The notes under the pieces are model-generated. The model had not been told where the DNA came from. It searched no databases and saw only the letters and a program-made list of their open reading frames with translations. A stretch of DNA of 59,277 nt from a virus (lineage: Duplodnaviria > Caudoviricetes). This document shows positions 1 to 9,293 of the stretch, in pieces. The stretch lies in the IMG/VR virus record IMGVR_UViG_3300027969_000114, positions 1-59,277 of that record, one strand, 5' to 3'. The first letter of the stretch is position 1; each line of letters begins with the position of its first letter. The position numbers and the translations under genes are program-made.

Positions 1-127
1 CTAAAACTACATAAATCTTACCTTGTTCTCCCGTTACGGGTAACGCTCCGAAAGTAGCAACCTCTATTATATCGTCTACAAAGCTAGGTAATTGACTAGA
101 AGGTACTAAGCCTCCTACTAAATCAGC
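1..127. repeat. Exact direct repeat of 29502..29628
   Basis: Base-by-base identical for 127 nt; first mismatch at 128 vs 29629. Confidence 0.95.
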
Positions 128-373
128 TTTTACATTTAAAACGTTTTGTAAGTCGGTTTGATTAGATAATGTTCCTGTAATTTGCCCCCAATTAACCCCG
201 AAGTTTCCTACTAAAGAATTGATATTAATTTCTACAACGCTAGGAGTTACGTTAAGAACTATGTCCTCACGGTTATCTATAATATTGACATCTATTACAT
301 CATCTGCACCTTGTGAAGTAATCTGTATTAAATTAGTTGTTTCGGTAACTATGATGTCTACAATATCTTCCAT
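1..373 (-). CDS. Tail fibre N-terminus of genome A (partial, runs off window)
   Basis: ATG at 373; MEDIVDIIVTETTNL... homologous to the start of 26716..29874. Confidence 0.9.
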   Translation of the reverse strand, partial: MEDIVDIIVTETTNLIQITSQGADDVIDVNIIDNREDIVLNVTPSVVEININSLVGNFGVNWGQITGTLSNQTDLQNVLNVKADLVGGLVPSSQLPSFVDDIIEVATFGALPVTGEQGKIYVVL

Positions 374-376
374 TTC

Positions 377-715
377 TTAGCGTGTTACTTCTGGTGTTAC
401 ATTAAATCCCCCTTTTACGTATGTCTTTACTTCGCCACTAGCTAAAGTAAATTGAATATCGTAAACGTAATTGTAAACTTCAATGTCGATTATTTGAGCG
501 TTAATTTTGAATAAACCCGAAGCTGCGGTCGTGATTGTGATACCAGCCGAGCCTACGGAAGTAAAAGAAAGAATAGCACTTGTATCGCTATAATTCTTTC
601 TAAGTTGCATTCTAATAGTCGCACCCGTTAGGTTTATTGCCGTTCCGTTCTTTTTGACTTCAAAGGCTACCTCGTTAAAAGTATCGCCTTTTGTATGCGT
701 GAAATTAAGAGCCAT
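377..715 (-). CDS. Virion protein, BppU N-terminal/Ig-like fibre-anchoring type
   Basis: GDTF..V.F...G..INLTGATIRMQLR, Y.YDIQFT and G.F.V motifs; lies just upstream of the fibre; nearly identical to 29878..30216. Confidence 0.6.
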   Translation of the reverse strand: MALNFTHTKGDTFNEVAFEVKKNGTAINLTGATIRMQLRKNYSDTSAILSFTSVGSAGITITTAASGLFKINAQIIDIEVYNYVYDIQFTLASGEVKTYVKGGFNVTPEVTR

Positions 716-785
716 TTTCTATTTTGTTAAGGTAAACCTTTAGTTTTTTAATATTTGCCTTTTTAGGCTTATAAGTACCAGCCAT
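705..785 (-). CDS. 26-aa basic micro-ORF (MAGTYKPKKANIKKLKVYLNKIENGS)
   Basis: Fills the gap between two genes; frame and peptide conserved at 30206..30286. Confidence 0.5.
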   Translation of the reverse strand: MAGTYKPKKANIKKLKVYLNKIENGS

Positions 786-1269
786 TGAAGTCAGCTTTTT
801 TGTCGGGGAACATATCTGCATTTGAGTTCGTGTTATATTCTGGATAAGAAGACTGGTTAAAAGACATATAATCTACAAATCTACGAGTGTAGTGTTCAGC
901 TATTGAGCGTTCCTTTTCTACCAAGTAATCTACTTCGGCTTTATCTACGTTAGAGCTATTCTCGCTATTGTGCTTAAATACTCCTTTGTTAGCTATCGTG
1001 TAAGCTGCAAACGGTAAGAACTCAACCATAGACCAATGGATAACCATAGGCTTAATATACACGTTTAAAAGCATCGTGTAAGGGTTAGTTAAGTTAGCTG
1101 CTACAATACCATCGTTAATCTTGTTAAATAGCTTAGTTCCTAGATAGCCTTGAATATGCGTATCTTGAGCAACCTTTACCCATTGAATAAATTTATCGAC
1201 ATCAAGGTTACCGCTAATAGCAGTAAATTTAACGATATCATCACGACTTACAAATAATGCTTGTGCCAT
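769..1269 (-). CDS. Putative head-tail adaptor/connector
   Basis: Follows the portal, predicted helical, homolog 30270..30770; function inferred from position. Confidence 0.55.
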   Translation of the reverse strand: MAQALFVSRDDIVKFTAISGNLDVDKFIQWVKVAQDTHIQGYLGTKLFNKINDGIVAANLTNPYTMLLNVYIKPMVIHWSMVEFLPFAAYTIANKGVFKHNSENSSNVDKAEVDYLVEKERSIAEHYTRRFVDYMSFNQSSYPEYNTNSNADMFPDKKADFNGWYL

Positions 1270-1766
1270 AAGTGCTTATATGCTAATTTGTTCTTTATTC
1301 TCCATACTATTGTACTATTAATACTATATTGTATTCCTAATTTTCTATTTGACAATTTAGAGTTATAAATATCTAACGCTTCATTATCTTTTAACTTTGT
1401 TTTTATTAACCTTAATTTAACTGCGTGTATGTTGTTTTCACTACTTGTACACCATTCTAAATTTTCGGCTCTATTATCGGTTTTAAGACCATTAATATGA
1501 TTAACTAATACGTTTGTACTATTATTAATAATAAACGCTTCAGCGACCAATCTATGTACCCTAAAATGGAATATATTTCCATCTTGTTTTAGAGTACATC
1601 TAAAATAACCATCTTTGCCTAACCTAACTTTTTTAGGTTGCCCTTTGTACTTTCTTGTAAAACCTTCTACATAATGTTTTACAATTCTATCTACACTTCT
1701 TAAATTACCTAGATTTGAAATTTCATATTGAGCTTCAAATCCTTTAATCTGTTTCCACATTTCCAT
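1248..1766 (-). CDS. NUMOD4-HNH homing endonuclease
   Basis: WKQIKGFE.QYEISNLGNLRS (NUMOD4), then VHRLVAEAF...VNHINGLKTDNRAENLEWCT..EN..H (HNH); absent from B. Confidence 0.93.
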   Translation of the reverse strand: MEMWKQIKGFEAQYEISNLGNLRSVDRIVKHYVEGFTRKYKGQPKKVRLGKDGYFRCTLKQDGNIFHFRVHRLVAEAFIINNSTNVLVNHINGLKTDNRAENLEWCTSSENNIHAVKLRLIKTKLKDNEALDIYNSKLSNRKLGIQYSINSTIVWRIKNKLAYKHLWHKHYL

Positions 1767-1781
1767 ATTTGCTTTTTTTTA

Positions 1782-1789
1782 CAAATATA
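1782..1789 (-). promoter_or_regulatory. Bacteroidota sigma-A -7 element (TATATTTG) for the HNH gene
   Basis: Perfect TAnnTTTG 15 nt upstream of the ATG; TTG about 20 nt further upstream. Confidence 0.65.
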
Positions 1790-1824
1790 ACTAATATGGT
1801 TACACTATGCAACTACCTTTGTAA

Positions 1825-3564
1825 TTACATATCGTGAGGCGCAATGTACGCTCTCTTATCTACCGTTGGTAATATTTCGCCAGCCTTTCTAGCTTGTGCT
1901 GGAGTAATTTCTACCGCTCCTTTTTTGCGTGGGTCTGTAAAACGCTTATAGGTTTCTCTAGTCCAAAAGTGTTTACACGTTCCAAAGTTATAAGCATCGC
2001 TTAATTTACCGCCACCTTTCCAAAGAAAAATATCATAAGGAGCATCAGGGTTAGGGCTCATACCAAAACCTGGATTTACGTTCTTATCGCTCATTTTATC
2101 TATATCTTCTTTACGATATAGTTTATTCATTTGCATCATTTTTTTACAAAAATCACGTTGTGGATTTGAGTTACCGCTATAACGATAGCGACTAGCAAAC
2201 AACTTACCATCCAAAGAAGATTTTAAATCTGGTCTAGCCACCCCAGTGGACACGCTTGCAAATTCCAAAATCTTAGATAATACCGATTTTTTAGGATTGT
2301 TTAATAATTCTAATTCAGCATCTAACTTTTGTTCTTCTTCTAAACTTTCAACTACACGAGAATCAACTAACTCCCATTCGTTTGGGTCTAACTCTTCTCC
2401 AAATGATTCTAGCTCATCTAAATGAGATGATAATTTTACACCTGTTTCTTCTTCAATTGCCGCCGCATCCATTACTGGGTTCTGGTCAATAAACTCTAAA
2501 GGTTGCAAAGTCTTAAAGTAAAGATTTAAGCTAATAGAATTGTAAGCTAAAATTTTATCTATAGCATCTAAAACCGTACCTTGCTTAGGTCGGATAGTCA
2601 TATTATCAAATAGAATAGAAGCGTTCTTTAACTCATCAGCATTAGAACTAAATCCGTTGCTAGAAGGAATACCAAAAAGTAAACCACTTGTTACGCTATG
2701 TCCTAATAAAATTTTACCTCTAGATTCTTCACTCAAATAAGTATAGTGAGCTGGAGCATCATTTAAAGGTACATTGTCAATAGTAGTTTTCTTAGTCTCA
2801 TCGCTATTAAAAGATACTACAATCTTAGCACCGCTTGCACCTGTTAATTTACGCTTAACATCCGCAGCTTGTAAAGACATTTTCTCTTCGTCAGGTACTC
2901 CGTTATTAAAGTTAATAACCGAAGTGGGAGAAAATCCGTTTTGTACATCGTTAATTAAGTAGTCCGCTATCTCTTCTTCTAATTGAGTATATGGTAAAGC
3001 ACCGATATAATCTACGTTAGAATAGTATTTTTGTCCTACGCTATAATCACGAACGCTAAGAATCTCTAGCGTTTTATCGCCATAACCAAAAGCTCCAATA
3101 CGTTTAGGAGGGAAGTTTTTTACATCTGCCCAATTATCGGAATAATAATAACCAGTAATTTCTCCGTACTCATTACACTTTTCCGCTCTAATTAATTGAG
3201 CTGGTGCGTGTTCGATTCTTACAATAGCGTTTTTTGCCTTGTTGTAAATTACTTGGAAGTATCCTTGACCTAAAAGCTTATAGTCCGTAATTACGCACTT
3301 TAAGACATCGGGTCTAAATAACATTTTCATTTGAGCGTACTCGTTCGGCTTCTTATTTGAATCCGTAGCATCTAATCCACGACCATAGATTAATTTAACA
3401 ATAGAATTAATAATCGAGTTATTTGTAGTCGAGTTATTATATCGCTTAATTAAATACTGAAAATAGTCATTGTCATCGCCAAAAGTAACCCAAGCTTCCC
3501 TGTTAGATTCTACGGATTGCGGTGGCTTATGAGATTCAAAATTAAAAACGTGAACGTTACTCAT
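1825..3564 (-). CDS. Portal protein with C-terminal Cys/His extension
   Basis: Portal-like core (NGFSP..INFNNGVP, G..GA.KIVV, I..GH.VTS..LFGI) plus a YRY..RDFC..C.HFW tail; homolog 30778..32550. Confidence 0.85.
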   Translation of the reverse strand: MSNVHVFNFESHKPPQSVESNREAWVTFGDDNDYFQYLIKRYNNSTTNNSIINSIVKLIYGRGLDATDSNKKPNEYAQMKMLFRPDVLKCVITDYKLLGQGYFQVIYNKAKNAIVRIEHAPAQLIRAEKCNEYGEITGYYYSDNWADVKNFPPKRIGAFGYGDKTLEILSVRDYSVGQKYYSNVDYIGALPYTQLEEEIADYLINDVQNGFSPTSVINFNNGVPDEEKMSLQAADVKRKLTGASGAKIVVSFNSDETKKTTIDNVPLNDAPAHYTYLSEESRGKILLGHSVTSGLLFGIPSSNGFSSNADELKNASILFDNMTIRPKQGTVLDAIDKILAYNSISLNLYFKTLQPLEFIDQNPVMDAAAIEEETGVKLSSHLDELESFGEELDPNEWELVDSRVVESLEEEQKLDAELELLNNPKKSVLSKILEFASVSTGVARPDLKSSLDGKLFASRYRYSGNSNPQRDFCKKMMQMNKLYRKEDIDKMSDKNVNPGFGMSPNPDAPYDIFLWKGGGKLSDAYNFGTCKHFWTRETYKRFTDPRKKGAVEITPAQARKAGEILPTVDKRAYIAPHDM

Positions 3565-3883
3565 AGAATATTATGTTTTGTTCGTTTTGAACATACTCGC
3601 CTGTATTGACTGAGTAAGTCCCGATTGTTTGGTTAGTACAAAAAACCTTATCACGATAGATTAATTCGTTATTTTGTTGAATAACCATCGTATAAAAATG
3701 CCCTTCTTTTAAAGCTAAAATCTTTGAGAAAGTTAAGTAGTAAGAAACTTGAGTACAAGTAATTGAATACTCGGTAGTAACGTTAGTTGTTTCGTTAGTT
3801 AAAAATAGCCTATTGCCCGCATTTCTACGAGTAGGTACAAATTGCACCGTTTGAGCCGTACCGATTTCTTTTAAAACTATCAT
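3557..3883 (-). CDS. Small virion/head-completion protein
   Basis: In the structural operon behind a late promoter; homolog 32543..32869. Confidence 0.5.
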   Translation of the reverse strand: MIVLKEIGTAQTVQFVPTRRNAGNRLFLTNETTNVTTEYSITCTQVSYYLTFSKILALKEGHFYTMVIQQNNELIYRDKVFCTNQTIGTYSVNTGEYVQNEQNIIFYE

Positions 3884-3888
3884 TATAG

Positions 3889-3914
3889 TATAAACGTTTT
3901 TTAATATGTTTTGT
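3889..3914 (-). promoter_or_regulatory. Phage late promoter ACAA-N14-CGTTTATA
   Basis: Motif repeated at 8 syntenic intergenic sites; 5 nt from the ATG at 3883. Confidence 0.75.
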
Positions 3915-3924
3915 TTCTAAAACG

Positions 3925-3951
3925 AAAAAGGGTAGGACATCAGCCTACCCA
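3925..3951 (-). terminator. Intrinsic terminator after tail tube gene
   Basis: GGGTAGG/CCTACCC stem followed by a T-run on the minus strand. Confidence 0.75.
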
Positions 3952-3977
3952 GTTTCAAACTCAAACAACAAAACTAA

Positions 3978-4505
3978 TTAAGAACCTGAAGTTACGGTAA
4001 AGCCCGCAGCCGTTAAGGTAGTCGTTAAGAAGTTAGCTGGAACTTGCTCTTGTCCGCTAAGAACTAAAGTGTATCCGCTTAAATCTCCCATTGCAGCACC
4101 AGTTACGATAGTACCGCCAGATACTTCCATACCGTTCTTTAAACCGCAATAGAATAAATTTCCATTGTTATCTTCTACGATAACTTGAGGACGAGTATAA
4201 GCCAAAAGCTTAATTTGCTTATGATCTACAATCGATAACTTTTTTAACGTTAAGTTTAAAGTTTGCTCGAAAAACGTAGTTCCGTTTTCACGAGATGAGT
4301 TAATAGTTTGCTCGAAAGAACTATTACCTTTTAAGTCGTACTTAAATGCTATTGGAGTACCAGCAACCGCAGAGATTGCATCGGTATTTGTAGCATCGTA
4401 AGTAACTCCAGTTGCATCGCCCTCGTTTACAAAGTACACGGATTTTAATCCTCCCGTACTTGTTTTGCAAGGCTCAATTCTTCCTAAAGAAATATCACAA
4501 GGCAT
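3978..4505 (-). CDS. Putative major tail (tube) protein
   Basis: Follows the capsid gene; beta-rich; start set to MPCDIS by comparison with 32959..33483. Confidence 0.65.
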   Translation of the reverse strand: MPCDISLGRIEPCKTSTGGLKSVYFVNEGDATGVTYDATNTDAISAVAGTPIAFKYDLKGNSSFEQTINSSRENGTTFFEQTLNLTLKKLSIVDHKQIKLLAYTRPQVIVEDNNGNLFYCGLKNGMEVSGGTIVTGAAMGDLSGYTLVLSGQEQVPANFLTTTLTAAGFTVTSGS

Positions 4506-4526
4506 ATTGATTAATTTAAAATGTTG

Positions 4527-4558
4527 AAAAATAAGCACCCCGAATTAACGAGGTGCTC
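4527..4558 (-). terminator. Terminator/attenuator after capsid gene
   Basis: AGCACCTCG-TTAATT-CGGGGTGCT hairpin plus T-rich tail; same hairpin at 33513..33536. Confidence 0.7.
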
Positions 4559-4568
4559 TTAATTGCTA

Positions 4569-5528
4569 TTAGTTAGCCGAGTTAGTGATACCGTAAGTAA
4601 CGATATCTTCAACAGCACCGTATTGAACGCCAGCAGTCATTCTCATAACTACTCTGACATTCTCACTGCCATCTACATCTGCCATATCAATAACCTTAAC
4701 GGAAGAAGAATCCATATCAGCTAGAACACCAGTACCGAAGTATAAGTTATCCTTGATAGTAGCGATTGCTTTGTTAGAAGCTAAACCGTTTGCTACGAAG
4801 ATTTTAACACCATCGAAAGAAAGAGAACCATTGTTATACCATTGAGTTCCCATTGCGTTAGAACCGTTAGCTCCTAAACCTGATGCACCAAAACCACCTA
4901 AAGCACGAACATAAGCACGAGCGATATTTTGAGATACATAAAGGTAAAGACCATCGTTTCCGTAAAGAGCTGCAGGGATCGCATCAACAATCTTGCCTAA
5001 TTCCGCAACTACGTTAGCTGCAGTTACAGTAGTTCCAGCAACCTCATTGGCTGCAGGTAAAGAAGCATCCGTAGTTAATAAAGTAACGAAACCATCGAAC
5101 TCGCCAGCGTTAGCAGTAACACCAGACCAAATGTTAGTCTCATTCTTGGCAGCAACTTTAGAAGCTACGTGAGCTACTAAGAAATCAGCGAAAGAAGTTG
5201 GAAGAACATCAAATGCTGAATAACCTTGTTGAGCTGATAACCAGTCCGAATGAAAGTCTTTTTTGCATAATTGTAAATTTACTTGAAATTCCTCTGGAGT
5301 TAAAACACGCTCCGTTAAAGTAACCGTAGAAGTTGCATCAAAATCACAAGAAGCATTTTTTAAGATTGCATCCGTAGAGATTTTCTTGATAACTTCTTTG
5401 TACTTGATACCTGGTTTAACCATAATTCCACCAGCGTCGATAGTTGGGGAAGACAAAAGAGCTGCAGAGATAATTTGATTCTTAAACTCGCCTGCATAAG
5501 TAGTTGTAATACTGGTCGTAGTAGCCAT
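4569..5528 (-). CDS. Major capsid protein
   Basis: Follows protease and scaffold, ends at a terminator, 319 aa, highly conserved with 33545..34498. Confidence 0.85.
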   Translation of the reverse strand: MATTTSITTTYAGEFKNQIISAALLSSPTIDAGGIMVKPGIKYKEVIKKISTDAILKNASCDFDATSTVTLTERVLTPEEFQVNLQLCKKDFHSDWLSAQQGYSAFDVLPTSFADFLVAHVASKVAAKNETNIWSGVTANAGEFDGFVTLLTTDASLPAANEVAGTTVTAANVVAELGKIVDAIPAALYGNDGLYLYVSQNIARAYVRALGGFGASGLGANGSNAMGTQWYNNGSLSFDGVKIFVANGLASNKAIATIKDNLYFGTGVLADMDSSSVKVIDMADVDGSENVRVVMRMTAGVQYGAVEDIVTYGITNSAN

Positions 5529-5550
5529 TTTTTTTAAATTTGTTTGTTAA

Positions 5551-6144
5551 TTATTTTGAAAAAATTCTGTTAAATACTGAGTCTTCAATAGAAGACACTT
5601 TGTTTTTTGAAATTCTAAATTGCTTTGGAGCGATTCCCGCTTCTGGATTGTGTGCCAAAGGTTGAGCACCTTCTTCAATAGAAGACATTTCAACTTTTAA
5701 CGATTCGTTTTCCGCTTTTAAAGCTTCGTTTTCTTCTTTGATAGATGAGAACTCTTGACGTAATTTCTCGATCTCAGCAAAGAAAGTTTCTTTAGAAACC
5801 GATTCCACAATACGTTTAGCCTTTGGAGCTTCTTCCGACATCTCTGGAGCTACAACTTCCGCTGGTGCTTCCTCAATCATTGGAGCTTCTTCCTCAACCT
5901 CTTCTGGAGCAATCGAAGCGATAATACCTTCAACCGCTACAACTAAAATGTTTCCATCTTCAAGCTTGTACTCGCCTACGGGCATAGGTACAATTCCATC
6001 AGCCGTTACAATTCCTACCGAGAAATCAGGTGCAAACTCTTCCGCTTCGATAACGGTAATTCCGTCTTCTAACTTCATTTGCGCAAGCTTAATCTCCATA
6101 GAAAGAACTGCCTTAATCTTGTTTAATTTGTTCTTGTATTCCAT
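5551..6144 (-). CDS. Capsid scaffolding protein
   Basis: Acidic, with coiled coil; directly upstream of the capsid gene. Confidence 0.7.
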   Translation of the reverse strand: MEYKNKLNKIKAVLSMEIKLAQMKLEDGITVIEAEEFAPDFSVGIVTADGIVPMPVGEYKLEDGNILVVAVEGIIASIAPEEVEEEAPMIEEAPAEVVAPEMSEEAPKAKRIVESVSKETFFAEIEKLRQEFSSIKEENEALKAENESLKVEMSSIEEGAQPLAHNPEAGIAPKQFRISKNKVSSIEDSVFNRIFSK

Positions 6145-6163
6145 ATATTTATTTAATTAATTA

Positions 6164-6556
6164 CTAAATTTTTGTATAAAGCTTTCTAAACTTTACCGAT
6201 AAATCTTTTAAGCGTGTTACTAAATCAGCTGCAGGCTTAAATCCGTCAATACCTTGAGCAGATTTTTCATCTCCACCAATTGCGCTAATTGCATCCATTA
6301 TAGCTACTAAATCTCCCTCAGAAGAATTAGCTCCCGCTAATACTTGGTCTAAAACACCTTGAAAGGTTGCGTACTCTTTTCTATAAGAACTATCTGCTGC
6401 ACCCATTTTTAAAGAAGCCTTTGCAAGCAAATCGTCTATTTTTTTAATCTCGCTTAATATTTGAGAAGGTTTTTTAGCAAACTCGTACTTTTGAGATGCT
6501 AATTCTGTTTTTGGGTTTGAGAATAATTTCTCAAATACTTTTTTGTCTGTATTCAT
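6164..6556 (-). CDS. Head-operon protein with conserved N-terminal leader (putative internal protein)
   Basis: First ~26 aa shared with 35138..35545; the rest is divergent. Confidence 0.5.
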   Translation of the reverse strand: MNTDKKVFEKLFSNPKTELASQKYEFAKKPSQILSEIKKIDDLLAKASLKMGAADSSYRKEYATFQGVLDQVLAGANSSEGDLVAIMDAISAIGGDEKSAQGIDGFKPAADLVTRLKDLSVKFRKLYTKI

Positions 6557-6569
6557 TATATATTTATAT

Positions 6570-6752
6570 TTAGTTTACACTTACAATAACTCTCGGAGTA
6601 TTTGTATTTACGACCGTTGAAGCAACTTGACCAACTAAAGCCCCGATCCCTTGATTAATTAACTCCCCCTTACAACAATCTTTTGAGTAAGTTCCGTCTT
6701 GACAAAGACAAGCTCTAGACGAATCCTGAGGACTATTATTCTTATTTGCCAT
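6570..6752 (-). CDS. Small Cys-rich conserved head-operon protein
   Basis: RACLC.DG.YS.DCCKG..INQGIG conserved with 35547..35729. Confidence 0.7.
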   Translation of the reverse strand: MANKNNSPQDSSRACLCQDGTYSKDCCKGELINQGIGALVGQVASTVVNTNTPRVIVSVN

Positions 6753-7320
6753 CGCTTAAAATATTAATGATTTGGTTAACTAATTCTTGCTCCTCTAATT
6801 CTTGTAAAGACATCTCTAATTTATCAGCAAAAAAACCTTCGATAGAAAAACCTTTATATTTACCTTCCTTAACATCACCCCAAACTTTGTCATCTTCTAT
6901 TTTCATAGATATCATCCAAGTTCCCTTTGGTAAACTAAATCCGTATTGTTTAGATTTGTCCATATCGGGGTTATCTATAATCCAAGATTCGACCACCGTA
7001 GCACCATCAAATTTAGATTTGTGTTCTAAGGTTGCGTTTGATTGGTTACCATTCTTTAAGAATAACTCGCTCGCTTGCTTAACCGTAGCCTCGCTAAAGA
7101 ATACATAGAACTCGTCTTTGCCATTCTTACGATAGATTTGCTTATTAGGAATAAGAGCTGCACCCATAAGGATACGCTTCTCCGCATCTACCTCCGCTAA
7201 ATCCATTTTATACTCTTTATTCAATGCGATAAAATTCTCCTCGATCGCTGGTGCATCTACCAAGCTTACCGCATCAATTCCATCTAAATCTTTCTCGATT
7301 ATTAATTCGACAATTCTCAT
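6742..7320 (-). CDS. Prohead protease, XkdF-like serine protease family
   Basis: AVSLVD.PAIEENF, H, VESWI, GTW and KGFSIEG motifs. Confidence 0.85.
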   Translation of the reverse strand: MRIVELIIEKDLDGIDAVSLVDAPAIEENFIALNKEYKMDLAEVDAEKRILMGAALIPNKQIYRKNGKDEFYVFFSEATVKQASELFLKNGNQSNATLEHKSKFDGATVVESWIIDNPDMDKSKQYGFSLPKGTWMISMKIEDDKVWGDVKEGKYKGFSIEGFFADKLEMSLQELEEQELVNQIINILSDGK

Positions 7321-7324
7321 AGCC

Positions 7325-7349
7325 TATAAACGTTTATATTAATTTTTGT
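7325..7349 (-). promoter_or_regulatory. Phage late promoter ACAA-N13-CGTTTATA
   Basis: Motif 4 nt upstream of the protease ATG. Confidence 0.75.
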
Positions 7350-7361
7350 TACATTTTCATT

Positions 7362-9293
7362 TTAACCAAGACTCGAAGTCTTTACAATATTTCTATCTAA
7401 AGCTTGTTGAGTTGTAATATCTTGAGATACTACGTAAGCTCTCATAGGCTCTTGAGGCTTGCCCAAAGTTTGCGCTAATTGATTTACTCCGCTTACTCCT
7501 ACTACATTAAAAGAAGGTGCGGAACTTGTAGCACTCGGTGCGGTATTTTCGCCACCGCCTCCGCTTCCTACGTTTGTAGAAAGAATATCTTGTACCGATT
7601 TAAAACCAATCGCTGCGGTAGTAGCAATATTTGCAAGCTTAATACCAAACTCGAAAGGAGTAACGGTCTTAGTTGCAAGTTCCGCTGTAATACCTTGATA
7701 AGTATTAATTAAAGCCGAAGCTACCGCAAAGGCTTTACCCTCCGTAGAACTTTGCTCAAATAAACCCGACATATTAGAAAGCGTTTGGCTAACCATTGCT
7801 ATCTTTTGTTTATTTAATGCTTGTTCTTGTTTAAAAGTTTCCGTTGCAATCTTGCGTTTTTCTTCTTCGCTTATTTGCGTAGAAGCTTGAGCTAAAGCGT
7901 TGTATTGCTTTAAAGCCTCTAGCTTCATAGACAAAGAGTTTTGCTCGTTTGAAATTTCTGCTTGTAAGCGTTCGCTTTGCTTTGAATAATTATAAGTAGC
8001 TATCTCATCTTCTTTAGTACGAATAGAAGCGTTTAATTCTTGCTTCTTAGTATTAAATTCATTTTCCGCATCTATTCTAGCTTGAGTACCTTCTTTGTAA
8101 AGTCTTACGTTATCGGATAATCTTTCTAATTGAATTGCTTTTTCTTCTTTTAAATTAGCTAATTGTGCTTTTAACTTTTCGTCTTCATTTTTTATTAGTT
8201 CCGTACTTGCTTGCTTTTCCGCTATTGCTAACTCGTCTATACTTTGAATTTGAGTCTTTTGTAAATCAAGTCTTTCTTTTATTAAAGCATTACGATTGGC
8301 ATCTTGTTCAGAACGTAATCCTTCTATTTGTGCTAAAACTCCATCTGCGTTAGCTAAAGCATTTATTAAAGCTACTTGATTTTCAATTGAATTATTTTTG
8401 TTTAAATCAGCTTGAGCAGAAGCTACTTGAGCTTGTGCTACCGCTTTCATTGCTCCTTCTTGCTTATTTAAAACTTGTAATAATTTATCATTTGCTTTAA
8501 TACGATCTTCAATAGAATTTAAATCGTTATCTCTTGCTTGTCTTAATTTTTCGGCTTGTCTATCGTATTGCTCAACTAATCTAGCTTGTTGAGCTGCAGC
8601 AAGCATAGCATTATTTTTAAGTTGAACTAATTTAACGGCTGCATCTAAGACTTTTTTACCGTAAGCTGTTAATCCAGCTGCAGCATTTTTTATTGTATCC
8701 GTTGCTCTATCTACGCTATTATCTACGCCAGTTAATACATCTACCGATTCTTTACCAGCTTTTTTTAGGTTATCTAAGGCTGCAGAAAAATTACCACTAA
8801 ACAATTCCTTTAAAGCTCCACTTAAATATCCTAGCGTATCAAGGAATGAGTTAAATCTCTCTATTAAATTCTCCTTAATTGCATCTCCTAATTTCTTTAA
8901 ATTCTCTACTGGATTCTCAAATACATCTTTGAAAAAATCAATTACTTTAGGGAAATTATCAAATATGATTTTTATTAAATCATTAAATACAATAGAGATT
9001 GCTTCTAAAGCGGTATTAAGAATATCTACTACTTTTTGATTCTTAGATAGCACCTCTTTAAACATATTGAAAGCTTCCATTACAAGCCCTATACCAAGTG
9101 CTTTAATGGCTAACCCCATACCTTTAAAACCACCAGCTAAAGCTTTGATTCCTCCTTCGGCATTCTTAGTAGATTTACCAATATCTTTTACGGCTTCTTG
9201 GGTTTCCTCAAAGCTGTCTTTTAAATCATCTACGTTTTTAGTGACTTTTTTAATGTCATTCTTTAACTCTAACTCTATTGTGATTTTTTCCAT
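7362..9293 (-). CDS. Tail tape measure protein
   Basis: Long Ala/Gln/Lys-rich helical protein with a hydrophobic GLAIKALGIGL segment; C-terminus conserved with 36338..38344. Confidence 0.75.
   Translation of the reverse strand: MEKITIELELKNDIKKVTKNVDDLKDSFEETQEAVKDIGKSTKNAEGGIKALAGGFKGMGLAIKALGIGLVMEAFNMFKEVLSKNQKVVDILNTALEAISIVFNDLIKIIFDNFPKVIDFFKDVFENPVENLKKLGDAIKENLIERFNSFLDTLGYLSGALKELFSGNFSAALDNLKKAGKESVDVLTGVDNSVDRATDTIKNAAAGLTAYGKKVLDAAVKLVQLKNNAMLAAAQQARLVEQYDRQAEKLRQARDNDLNSIEDRIKANDKLLQVLNKQEGAMKAVAQAQVASAQADLNKNNSIENQVALINALANADGVLAQIEGLRSEQDANRNALIKERLDLQKTQIQSIDELAIAEKQASTELIKNEDEKLKAQLANLKEEKAIQLERLSDNVRLYKEGTQARIDAENEFNTKKQELNASIRTKEDEIATYNYSKQSERLQAEISNEQNSLSMKLEALKQYNALAQASTQISEEEKRKIATETFKQEQALNKQKIAMVSQTLSNMSGLFEQSSTEGKAFAVASALINTYQGITAELATKTVTPFEFGIKLANIATTAAIGFKSVQDILSTNVGSGGGGENTAPSATSSAPSFNVVGVSGVNQLAQTLGKPQEPMRAYVVSQDITTQQALDRNIVKTSSLG

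Noticed and set aside
1248-1824. Group I intron carrying the HNH inside the portal gene
   Set aside because: No downstream portal exon, too little non-coding sequence for an intron core, and the HNH directly overlaps the next gene.
7325-7338. 14-bp palindrome TATAAACGTTTATA as an operator
   Set aside because: It is the late-promoter box plus a chance extension; the B counterpart at 36302 is not palindromic.
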